64,000 bases of DNA from Giardia intestinalis (Eukaryota), in the NCBI GenBank assembly GCA_000002435.2, contig CM018791.1; one strand, 5' to 3'. The notes under the pieces were generated by a model that did not search any database, was not told where the DNA came from, and saw only the letters and a program-made list of their open reading frames with translations. Shown one piece after another: positions 37,812-47,096 of this stretch (the stretch's first letter is position 1; each line of letters begins with the position of its first letter). The position numbers were made by a program, and so were the translations under genes.

Positions 37812-39491
37812 ATGTCTGCTATCCACGCCCTGAACCAGAAGGCTGAGCATCTCCGCCGCGGGGAGGCGCTTGATATGAACATTGACGCCGCAGAGAAGCT
37901 AACAAAGCTTATTCGCACTAATTTTGGGCCCGCAGGAACGTATAAGATGCTTGTCTCTGGAGCCGGGGACATTAAGATAACCAAGGATGGAGCTGTCCTC
38001 TTGAGCGAGCTTCCAATTAACCACCCCATCGCTGCGTTCATAGCTACGGCGGCAACAGCCCAGGATGACATTGTTGGCGATGGCACGACAACAATGGTTC
38101 TCCTCGTCGGGGAGCTTCTCCGTCAAGCTGCCAGATGGTTAGCAGAAGATGTGCACCCACGTGTGCTGGTGGATGGCTTTGAACTGGCGAAAGCAAGGGT
38201 AATTAGCTTCTTGGACAGTTACAAACAGCCCCTGCCCACTGAGGAACGTGCTCGCTATGACACTCTCCGCTCAATTGCTCATACCTCTCTCGTGACTAAG
38301 GTGCATGCGGACCTGGCAAATCTCCTCTCGGATATTGTCACTGAGGCTGTTCTGATCGTTGAGAAGGCTGCAGAATCCAAGGAGCAGTCCTTTATCGACC
38401 TACACATGGTTGAGCTCATGCTAATGCCTAGCCGCCTAGATGTGGACACCACTTTGATCAAGGGACTTGTCATGGATCACGGTAGCCGCCAATCTGAGCT
38501 CACCTGTGCAACCATGAGGAGCTGCTTTATTCTGACGCTTAACGTGTCTCTTGAGTATGAGAAGGCAGAGGCAAACACGGGATTTTTCTACAAGAACGCC
38601 GAGGAGATGCAAGAGCTAGCCAAGAAGGAAAGAGACTATGTAGACAACAAGTGCCGTAAGATCATCCAGTTGAAGGAGCAAGCGTTTGCTTCATATAGGG
38701 AAACTCATGGGGCCGATGCAGAGTGCAATTTTGTGGTCCTCAACCAAAAAGGCATAGATGGCGTCTCCTTGGACATGCTTGCTGCAAATGGAATATTTGC
38801 CCTTCGCAGAGTGAAGCGTCGCAATATGGAGCGGATTACGCTCTGCTGCGGTGGTTCTGCAGTCTGCGCCCTGGATGAGTTGAAGGTTTCTGACCTTGGT
38901 TGGGCCGATAAAATCCATGAGGAGATGCTTGGTGAGGAAAAGTATACATTTATCGAAGACATTCTTGATCCCAAATCGTGTACAATACTGATTCGAGGAC
39001 CAACAAGGCATACTCTCGAGCAGATCAAGGATGCCGTGCGTGATGGCCTTCGTGCAGTCAAGAACGCTATAACAGATAAGCACTATGTCGCCGGCGCCGC
39101 TGCTTTCGAAGTGGCTGCCGCTGCAGACCTGGAGGCCTATGCAAAGACTGTCACTGGGAAAACCAAGCTTGGGATCCAAGCCTTCGCAGATGCAATCTGT
39201 GCCATTCCTAAGACACTTGCAAAGAGCGCTGGGCTCGATCCCCAAGAGTGCTGCATTGCTGTAAGTGAGGCAGCCACAGGGTCATCAATCAATTATGGGA
39301 TCTGCCTCAAGACTGGAAAACCGTGTGACGCTGTGGCCAGCGGGATTCTGGACAATGTTTGTGTGAAGCATCAGCTCTACCACTCTTCAACAGTCATAAC
39401 GACCCAACTCCTTTTGACCGATGAGATTCTAAAAGCAGGGCGCAGCCTGAAAACAGACAATGCAGTAGATGACGCTGTGCCAGACGAGTAA
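37812..39491 (+). CDS. CCT6: T-complex protein 1 (CCT/TRiC chaperonin) subunit zeta.
   Basis: Strong similarity to CCT zeta over the whole length. '[38 protein letters not shown]...[25 protein letters not shown]' matches human '[38 protein letters not shown]...[25 protein letters not shown]'. '[22 protein letters not shown]', '[17 protein letters not shown]' and '[21 protein letters not shown]' match as well. The stop TAA sits inside AGTAAAT at 39487-39493. Confidence 0.93.
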   Translation: [559 protein letters not shown]

Positions 39492-39570
39492 ATCAGTTCC
39501 CAGATACCACGTTCTGAGCAATGTAACACAGTGTAGCACGGTACAAAAAAGTCTGGTGCCTTTGCAGGGG

Positions 39571-41190
39571 ATGAGTACAGAGACCACGCCTCCTACATCT
39601 TGGGGGGATTCGCCAGTGAGTCTCTTGAGCATAATACCCTCTTATAACGATCAATCTACAGCTGGTGAGCAGAATCCCTCCTCATACACTCAAGTTGAAA
39701 CCTTTTCGTCTACTGACGTGGGCGTGGGAACGCGGCGGTTAAAGTCCCGAGACGTTCAGGTCAAGATAGTCGAACCCACGCTCTCTTTAGGAAAGACCAA
39801 GGAGTCTCCGGAGAATAGGGAAGAGACAGATTTTGATAAAGATGCTGTTCTGCTCCTGCTGAACAAACTGTATAATCTTCTTGTTTCAACTGCGAATGAG
39901 CGAGCTATGATAACGAACTTCCTGGTTAGCAAACGTTATGAACGAGGGATCGAGGTGTGTGGGAACACCTATAGTTTGGAGGCCCTTTCAAAAACGTTGC
40001 TGAATAGGGAAGCTAGCATATACTGTCACTATTGCTATGGAAAGCTATTTCTGTTTGGCGAGAAGCTCAACATCCTCTCCTCTTTCTGGTCCACGGGCCC
40101 TTCAACAGCGGGGGCTCTAGCCACCTTTACAGCCTCTGACATCATTCCCTTTAATTCTACCGACTATGTCACAGCCGTTGTCCCACATCCCTCGCTTTCA
40201 AACAAGCTTGCAGTAGGAACCATCAAGGGCACTGTCTCGATCCTGACACTAAACTTCACAGAGCGCACCATCAGCGTTATATCTGCAATAAATAAGGATA
40301 TCTCCCATACTGGGCGCATCGTCTTCATTCAATGGTTTAATATGAACCAACTACTTGGCATCATAACTGCCGGCACTGATGGTAGAATACTTGTCTGGGA
40401 AGTGGCGCGCAGCGACCCCAATGAGAGCGGCTTCCTGCGCCTCTGCTCAGGGGTGGGCTTCCTGATCCGGCCCAAGAACGTGACAACGGGCAGCAGCCTC
40501 AGCAAATCACAAATTTACAAAAGCATCTCCTCTGTGCAGTTGCTTCAAGGCTTAAGTACGCCTAAGTCCCTTGGTTTCATTGTTGCATTTGATGGTGGGG
40601 TAGTACAGGAGGTCTCGTTCTTTCTGAAGCCAGCGACGGCCCCGAAGTTCTACGAGGATCTGCTAGACACACACAAGACTGGCCTAAAGACCCTTCGGCA
40701 GTATAGTCTCATGCCAGGGACACGCTCTGTGCAGGGCCTTCCGCAGACCCTCCTGAAATCAGTGACCAACAAGGCGCAGCTTATCTACCTCAGCACATGC
40801 CGATTGATACTTCAAGGCAATGGGTCTCTTATTATGTCAGAGCTGCAATCTAATACAGCGATCCAGAAGCTTATCTTTAAATCAGAGCATCCCCTAACAG
40901 ATTTCATTGTGTTTGACAAGACAATCATAGCAATAGATATACATGGTAGCGTGTCTGTGTTTTCCTTTTTAGCCGACGATGTCGTAGTGCTTCCTGTAGC
41001 TCATGCAAAGTACTCAATCTCTGCCCAGGACTGGGCCATCACGCTCTGCAGCTACCAGATGGAGCGTTCTGCGATCATCTTAGCTAAGTGCAGAAAGGAG
41101 GCTCGTGTACTAGAAGTCCCGTTGATCAATTCTATACTCACCGACGAGCGCTACATGGCTCGATTGTACATGCATACCTTCTCTCCATAA
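39571..41190 (+). CDS. Hypothetical protein, possibly a WD-repeat/beta-propeller type.
   Basis: The ORF-track start at 39469 is a CTG that overlaps the 3' end of CCT6. The first in-frame ATG is at 39571 ('MSTETTPP...'), preceded by 'acaaaaaagtc'. 'GTVSILTL', 'GRILVWEV' and 'HGSVSVFSF' resemble WD repeats. TAA at 41188-41190. Confidence 0.55.
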   Translation: MSTETTPPTSWGDSPVSLLSIIPSYNDQSTAGEQNPSSYTQVETFSSTDVGVGTRRLKSRDVQVKIVEPTLSLGKTKESPENREETDFDKDAVLLLLNKLYNLLVSTANERAMITNFLVSKRYERGIEVCGNTYSLEALSKTLLNREASIYCHYCYGKLFLFGEKLNILSSFWSTGPSTAGALATFTASDIIPFNSTDYVTAVVPHPSLSNKLAVGTIKGTVSILTLNFTERTISVISAINKDISHTGRIVFIQWFNMNQLLGIITAGTDGRILVWEVARSDPNESGFLRLCSGVGFLIRPKNVTTGSSLSKSQIYKSISSVQLLQGLSTPKSLGFIVAFDGGVVQEVSFFLKPATAPKFYEDLLDTHKTGLKTLRQYSLMPGTRSVQGLPQTLLKSVTNKAQLIYLSTCRLILQGNGSLIMSELQSNTAIQKLIFKSEHPLTDFIVFDKTIIAIDIHGSVSVFSFLADDVVVLPVAHAKYSISAQDWAITLCSYQMERSAIILAKCRKEARVLEVPLINSILTDERYMARLYMHTFSP

Positions 41191-41261
41191 AAGATAGTAA
41201 GCTGTGCAGCTCGTAAAGCAAGCTGCTCCTCCTGGATTCTGCTCCATATTCATATAGATAT

Positions 41262-44200
41262 CTATTCTTGTGTCAGCTTCACACACATTGCACGTAGCTT
41301 ACTAACTTCCAGCTCCCGTGCCGCAAGCAGCCTGTTACGCTTTTCAAGCTCAAGCTTTAATGTTTCTATCTTGTATTCATAAGACTTGGCTTTGTTCTCC
41401 AAGAATGCGAGCTTGTCCCTGATATCTTTATTTTCTTTTGTCAATAGCAAAAGCTTCTTATTGAGCGTCTCATTCTGGTTGTATGCTCGCCCAAGCTGAG
41501 CATCCTTGGTTGCTGCATCGATGTGGAGCTTCGAAACAGTCTCTTTCATCTCGTTGTTTTCGCTGACCAGCGACGCCGTTTTCCCTAGCGCATCTCCTTT
41601 AATGGCCATCAGATTATCGAGGTCTGTCTTCAGTCGTAGGTTTTCGTTAATCAAATTAACCACGTTATCACCCCTGTAATTGTCCTTCACCTCTTCTATG
41701 AATTTCATCATGCGATCGTTTTGGAATATCAGCTCCTGTATCCGCAACTGCTTATCTTCCACGTCCTGTGTCTGGTTCGTGTACTTGGCAGAAAGGTGAT
41801 CAAATTCCTGCTGAAGCTTTCGCAGAGCGTCTCCGTCAGTTCCCTTGTCCAGCCGGAGATTTTCGTTCTCCTTTCGAAGATAGTCTAGTTCGCCGCTAAG
41901 GACTTCAGATGACTTAATGAGCTTTGCGTTCTCTGCCTCCAGACTGTCCTGCCTAAGTTTGCTTGTCTCGTAGTTCAACTTCAGCTCGGCGATGGTGCTC
42001 TGCGTCTTCAAATAGGTATTATGAAGGTCGATCCTCTGGTTTTCTGTGTCCTCCAACATCTTTTTCTGATCAGTGTACAGAAGCTCATGATAGGATATCT
42101 TTTCCTTGGCAATGGCCACTTGATTTATTAGATGCTCCTTTTCCGTCGTTATAGCAGCGTTTTCCTTACGGACAGAGGAAAGCTCCTCCTTAAGCTCTGC
42201 AATTTGCTGCCTAAGTTCTGATTTGTCGCTCTCAAGTTGCTGCACCCGATCGTTGAGAGCAGCAACCGTTACAATCCTCTGCTGGTTGTCTAAAGAGTTG
42301 ACCGTGACGTCATGGAACATATCTGCTTTTTCTTTCATTTCCTGCCGTAAATTGCTCAGTTCCTGCTTGTACAGCTCCAGCTGCTGCTCCAGATTGTTAA
42401 TTCTGGCTTCTTTATAGTTAAAATCGGCGGATATCGCCTCGAACTCCTCTTTCATCCTGTTATACTCGACCTTAAACTCTTTGAGCTCGCCTTCTCGCGT
42501 CTTCAAGGTGCCTTTTAATGTTTTGCCGATTTCTTGCATTTTCTCCAACTTTGCAGCAGTTTCCTTTAACTCTGTCGTGACTCGCAGCTTGTCTTCTCGA
42601 AGCCTTCGGACCCGTTCTCTCAGACGAATCAGTGCACCAAGCTTGTCCTCTGTGGTCATCAAGCTAACCTCAAGACGGTAGATAAACTTTTCGCGCTCAA
42701 TAACCAGTGCTTGGTTGATAGAGGTAAGTTTCGAAACGCGCTTTTCAAGCTTCTCAACAGCATCTGACCTATCGCGCACCTGCAGCCCTCGTTCAGCCAG
42801 CTGCTCGTTGAGAGTGTTAATCATATCGCGCATTTTTTCTACTTGTCCTTCCCGTGTGTACGTGTCAAGCTGATCCTTAAATTCACGGGCTTTTTCGACA
42901 GACTTGTTTATGCGTTGCTCTTTCTGGGCCAATTCGTCGTGTAGTGTTCTTATTTTTTCTTCAAGAAGCAGCTTCTCCGCTTTGACTGAGCTAAGTTCTT
43001 TGTCTAGCTCCTTGATCTTGTCCTGCAAACCTATGCTTTGTGTTTCCAAGGCTGTCTTTTCAGCAACCACCTTTTGCAAGTCAAAGTCTAGCATGCCGTG
43101 CATACCAAGGATCTTCTCGGCCTCTTCGCTGACCACACGAAGCTTTTCTGTCAATGCTTGATTTTCCTGGTTGAGCGTTTCCGTTGTTTCCTCATACCCC
43201 TGGATGAGAGTTTGAGCTGTCTGCATTTCTTGCAGAGTGGCAGCTCTCTCTTCATATATGTCTCTATAGATTACCTCTTTTAGATGGTTGAATCCTGCGC
43301 GCCACGCATCTGTGGAGTAAAGCAGGTCGAAAGAAAGATTAACGAAGTAGCTATCCTGCTGAAAGATTTTATAGATTTTGCTCAGTTCTGGGTTGCCACG
43401 AAGGTCCTCGAGAACCGGGTTTTTGTGCCCAAGGACCTTAGCCTGAGATGAGGTCATACTGGGCATCTTCATTTCTTCAGGCTTGGCCAGAACTATCGGC
43501 ACAGATGAGTTTGGTGAGTGCTCAGCCAACGCAACAGGCAGCCCGGGGAACTGAAGGCTAAGAGGGTCATCCGTGACCGTTTGGTTGAGCTCCATCATGG
43601 CTGACCTTTGAGGTGAGCCCTGCCGGCTTTCTCGTCTACTGACACTGTTACTTATGGAGGGAACCAGGCTGAAACGCGGAGCCGTCTGCTTGACCTGCGT
43701 TTGATAGCGAAGAAGCTCTGCAAGTGCAAGAACGTGTTCCGGGGTACCTGTGTTTGCTTGAACTCCAAAATCGGCAACCTTACGGCCATCGCCTACTCTA
43801 TACTCTCCGTCTTCACAGCTGGAATAGCTACCAGTGCTGAGTAAATCCTCATCCAACGTATTATCACGCTTACGTATAATGCTTTCCACAGTACTATAGC
43901 CTCCTGCGGGAATAACGCCCTTAGAGCTAGTGAGTTTTTCTTTATATTTAGACTGACACTCTTCCGTGTTTCTTGTGAGCGCTCTTTGGGGGCGCGGACT
44001 AAATTCTTGATCTGTGTACTCACTGTACTCGTAAGTATCACTAGAATCGTACTGGGAAGTAGTGTCATAAGCCCTTCTACGAGACTGCTCTAGGTATTGC
44101 AGATTTTCCTGTGGAGGGGGGCATGAACGTGTGGAGACTGGACGCGAGAGGCTCTGCCTCTTAGTGCGTTTTCTACTGCGTTTTGCCGGAACAGAAGTAA

Positions 44201-44504
44201 AAGACCCTATTTGCAATTTGCTCACGTCCCGGGAGCTTGCGGTTTGTGATCTCTTACGAGACTCGGTGCGATGCGCTTCGTTTGTGGAAGATGGCCGTAT
44301 ATTCTTCACAGCATCCCCTCCTACAGAATGGCTTCTATGGACATCACCCTTACTCGCGTGCTGGCGGGCCTGGAGATTTGCACGCATCCGGGCGAGGACA
44401 TCTAGATTCATGGTATTCATCTCGGTAGTGAAGGCAGCTCTTCTCTGTCCAGCGAAAGAGGAAGGCGGAGCATTGCTGGGCTTGACGTGCCTATTAGCCT
44501 TCAT
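41262..44504 (-). CDS. Long coiled-coil protein (1080 aa), hypothetical. The N-terminal 300 aa are basic and S-rich; the rest is heptad-repeat coiled-coil.
   Basis: ATG confirmed (cat at 44502-44504). Extended E/K/L/Q-rich heptad segments ('LEKMQEIGKTLKGTLKTREGELKEFKVEYNRMKEEFEAI...LEQQLELYKQELSNLRQEMKEK'). No motor or ATPase motifs. Confidence 0.75.
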   Translation of the reverse strand: MKANRHVKPSNAPPSSFAGQRRAAFTTEMNTMNLDVLARMRANLQARQHASKGDVHRSHSVGGDAVKNIRPSSTNEAHRTESRKRSQTASSRDVSKLQIGSFTSVPAKRSRKRTKRQSLSRPVSTRSCPPPQENLQYLEQSRRRAYDTTSQYDSSDTYEYSEYTDQEFSPRPQRALTRNTEECQSKYKEKLTSSKGVIPAGGYSTVESIIRKRDNTLDEDLLSTGSYSSCEDGEYRVGDGRKVADFGVQANTGTPEHVLALAELLRYQTQVKQTAPRFSLVPSISNSVSRRESRQGSPQRSAMMELNQTVTDDPLSLQFPGLPVALAEHSPNSSVPIVLAKPEEMKMPSMTSSQAKVLGHKNPVLEDLRGNPELSKIYKIFQQDSYFVNLSFDLLYSTDAWRAGFNHLKEVIYRDIYEERAATLQEMQTAQTLIQGYEETTETLNQENQALTEKLRVVSEEAEKILGMHGMLDFDLQKVVAEKTALETQSIGLQDKIKELDKELSSVKAEKLLLEEKIRTLHDELAQKEQRINKSVEKAREFKDQLDTYTREGQVEKMRDMINTLNEQLAERGLQVRDRSDAVEKLEKRVSKLTSINQALVIEREKFIYRLEVSLMTTEDKLGALIRLRERVRRLREDKLRVTTELKETAAKLEKMQEIGKTLKGTLKTREGELKEFKVEYNRMKEEFEAISADFNYKEARINNLEQQLELYKQELSNLRQEMKEKADMFHDVTVNSLDNQQRIVTVAALNDRVQQLESDKSELRQQIAELKEELSSVRKENAAITTEKEHLINQVAIAKEKISYHELLYTDQKKMLEDTENQRIDLHNTYLKTQSTIAELKLNYETSKLRQDSLEAENAKLIKSSEVLSGELDYLRKENENLRLDKGTDGDALRKLQQEFDHLSAKYTNQTQDVEDKQLRIQELIFQNDRMMKFIEEVKDNYRGDNVVNLINENLRLKTDLDNLMAIKGDALGKTASLVSENNEMKETVSKLHIDAATKDAQLGRAYNQNETLNKKLLLLTKENKDIRDKLAFLENKAKSYEYKIETLKLELEKRNRLLAARELEVSKLRAMCVKLTQE

Positions 44505-44542
44505 GCCTAAGACTTAAAAAATCTGGATTTCTATCAAGCATA
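44505..44542. promoter_or_regulatory. 38-bp bidirectional promoter between the divergent genes 41262..44504 (-) and 44543..46564 (+).
   Basis: 'gcctaagacttaaaaaatctggatttctatcaagcata' is the complete spacer between the two ATGs. Confidence 0.55.
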
Positions 44543-46564
44543 ATGTTTGCTATTATCGACAAACTCAACCAGCAGCAGCCGGAGACGATACTCTACTCGA
44601 AGCTTTACCTTGAGTCGCCGTACTCTTGCCTGTATGTTTACCAGAATTTATCCTCGTTGGCACAGGACTTTGTGCGAAACGTTCTTTGCTACACTATTTC
44701 GGCAGACGGCCCCATCACTGCGGCTGCGCGATATCCTGCATTTCCTTTTAACCCGCTCTCCATTGTTACCGAAGAAAGCCGCCCACGCCTAGCCATCGCT
44801 GTCAGACAGCTTGCAGATCTTCAAATTATCTCTGTGGAGAAAGATAAGACGCATTATGATCTTGTCTTCTTTCATAATCTCTTTTCTGCGCTGAATAATC
44901 TGCCTTTCGTGTCAATGGGTGGATACACTTCAGAATGCATAAAGCAGCATACTATAAACCCCTTTACCTCACGGAAAAGTACCAAGATGAATGCGAAACT
45001 AATGAAAGAATTTGTTAATTACTGCGAAGAGTATCCTGCATCGCGATTTAGAAAGCTCTTAGACTCTTTGATGGAGATATCGTCTCGGAAAGGCGACAAA
45101 AGAATAGATGAGAAGGAGGAGAAGAAGCTATTGCGGTTTAAAACGATATTCTCCCTTCTTTCCTTGATAGATCAACGGTCAAGCACAAAGGTAGAGTCCC
45201 AATCATCTCTCACGGAAAATGGGTGCCAATTCATGCTCGGAAGCGATCACGATCAGCTTTCTATTATTATCTACCAGCTCCTACTGTGCTTCGCTCATGC
45301 AGGCGTGTCAACCTCTTCCAGGTTTAAGGACTTTTATTTGGCGACAGAAAGATACACCAAGCAGAAGGATCAAGAGAGCAAGTGGATCTGTTCAGACTTT
45401 AACGACATTAACAAGCCAAGCTATGTAACGCACGTGGTGGGCTTGATCATGAATCTCTGCTGCCTCGATATGCTACATCTCCACGACATTGAGACGTCTC
45501 TATTTAGGTACTACTGTCCCTTCTTCTATTGGATGCACTCGTTTGGATTGATTCTCTTGAACCACATAAAGCCAGGGGCCTACTCTCTGGCCATTTCTCC
45601 CATTCTACTTAACCTTAACGAAAAGTACGTAAGTCACAAAGACCTTAGCGGGGCATTCTACAATGCACCAGCAGAGTACTATCGTAAAACAATTCTAGGC
45701 CAGTCCACAACTCGTAAGAACGACAGCCACGAAGACGGTGACGCAGACCAGATAGACTATTCTACAGAGGACCTTTCACTGCTGCAGAACTACACCATCA
45801 CTGAGTCCACCGGTCGCATATTTGTCTATAAAACTGCAGACGAAAACAGGAATGAGAAGAACAAGAACATAATGTGCCTCTTGTGCAACAAACCCAAGTA
45901 CACCTTCCCTCATGTCGACGTGTATGAACTCGATCCACAAAACGCCAAAGCAAACCTAGCATCTGCCACCGCATCGTTTCTACAGAAGACTGCGCGCTTG
46001 ATTATTGCGCGAGACAAGCTCCCACGTGGAGAACTTGTCGTCCCTCCGACACTTGTTAATCAACTAGAGTTCCTCCAGCAGAACGTGAATAATGCAGAGG
46101 TTCTCAAGGCATCTCCTCACGTTAAGGTGTATCAATTCCAGTACATGTCAAATGGAACCATTAAGAAGAAGTTCAGTGTGTCTGGTGAAGCAATCGCAGA
46201 GTTCTCGTATGCAATAGAGAAGTGCTCCTCTGTTGCTTACTATAAAGCAGTCACTATTGCAGAGGAGCTTGGCTGTCTGATTTGGAAGCATGATTTGGCA
46301 TTTTCAGCCATGCGTTCTCGATGCAACACACTTATGACAAGCAGCTACTATCGTTCCCCCACAGTTAAGTTTCTCTCGCTTCAAGGAGACGTCCAGCGCA
46401 CCATCCTGACTTTGTGGCACAAGATAGCGTCGTTTTATCCCACAGATGATAATGACAACATTCAGGGGCTTTGGCTCCTCATTCACGCTGGTTTCCAGGA
46501 GACGTTCGAACAGGAGTTCGATGCCGAAATGATGAAGATATCTAACGAGTGGGTGCCCACATAG
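44543..46564 (+). CDS. Hypothetical protein (673 aa). Weak resemblance to TFIIH subunit p52/Tfb2.
   Basis: ATG confirmed. The N-terminal 'LYLESPYSCLYVYQNLSSLAQDFVRNVL' resembles p52 '[30 protein letters not shown]'. The remaining similarity is weak, so the assignment is tentative. Confidence 0.6.
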   Translation: MFAIIDKLNQQQPETILYSKLYLESPYSCLYVYQNLSSLAQDFVRNVLCYTISADGPITAAARYPAFPFNPLSIVTEESRPRLAIAVRQLADLQIISVEKDKTHYDLVFFHNLFSALNNLPFVSMGGYTSECIKQHTINPFTSRKSTKMNAKLMKEFVNYCEEYPASRFRKLLDSLMEISSRKGDKRIDEKEEKKLLRFKTIFSLLSLIDQRSSTKVESQSSLTENGCQFMLGSDHDQLSIIIYQLLLCFAHAGVSTSSRFKDFYLATERYTKQKDQESKWICSDFNDINKPSYVTHVVGLIMNLCCLDMLHLHDIETSLFRYYCPFFYWMHSFGLILLNHIKPGAYSLAISPILLNLNEKYVSHKDLSGAFYNAPAEYYRKTILGQSTTRKNDSHEDGDADQIDYSTEDLSLLQNYTITESTGRIFVYKTADENRNEKNKNIMCLLCNKPKYTFPHVDVYELDPQNAKANLASATASFLQKTARLIIARDKLPRGELVVPPTLVNQLEFLQQNVNNAEVLKASPHVKVYQFQYMSNGTIKKKFSVSGEAIAEFSYAIEKCSSVAYYKAVTIAEELGCLIWKHDLAFSAMRSRCNTLMTSSYYRSPTVKFLSLQGDVQRTILTLWHKIASFYPTDDNDNIQGLWLLIHAGFQETFEQEFDAEMMKISNEWVPT

Positions 46565-47090
46565 TGTCTGTCTGCTTCTCTTGTCTTCCTAAAGGCTTTC
46601 TGCGAAGACGCAAGTTGTACTCAAGAAGTAGGATCATGCTAGCTGCAGCGAGCCCCAATGTTATGACAGGAGACGTGTAATCAGCTGAATAGTCAAAGGA
46701 GAGGTACCGCACCATTCTAGCTGAGCCTTTGCTACTCTCATTCCGTGCCGGTGTTATGTGTACTAGTGGAACATTCATCCTGTTTGGAAGAGACCGGCGC
46801 AGAATGACGTGATATATAGATGTGGGAGCATTCAGATCCAGCTCTTGATACCTTGATACAGACAGATTTAACAGCCGAGGACCAGAGAGGTGTTGATCTT
46901 CACAATAGATTGCTACGCTCCTGTCAGTTGAATGCATGCGCAATGCACCTATGATGATAAAGAATAAGATACCCCCCAATACTAGTCCTACAGGCACGCT
47001 CAGCTGCACAGGCTTGCACTTCTGCAGTCTACTTTCCCTCCATGTACCTTCGCAGTGTTCACCTTCATTTGAGAGGGGAGACACACCCAT
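46542..47090 (-). CDS. Small hypothetical single-pass membrane protein (182 aa).
   Basis: ATG confirmed (cat at 47088-47090). TM helix 'LVLGGILFFIIIGAL'. It exactly fills the gap between the gene 44543..46564 (overlapping its 3' end by 23 nt) and the kinesin stop (6 nt away). Confidence 0.45.
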   Translation of the reverse strand: MGVSPLSNEGEHCEGTWRESRLQKCKPVQLSVPVGLVLGGILFFIIIGALRMHSTDRSVAIYCEDQHLSGPRLLNLSVSRYQELDLNAPTSIYHVILRRSLPNRMNVPLVHITPARNESSKGSARMVRYLSFDYSADYTSPVITLGLAAASMILLLEYNLRLRRKPLGRQEKQTDTMWAPTR

Positions 47091-47096
47091 ATAGAT

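Noticed and set aside
41262-44504. Long coiled-coil protein interpreted as SMC/Rad50 or myosin.
   Set aside because: No Walker A/B, ABC signature or motor head was found. Only heptad repeats are present, so it was left as a generic coiled-coil protein.
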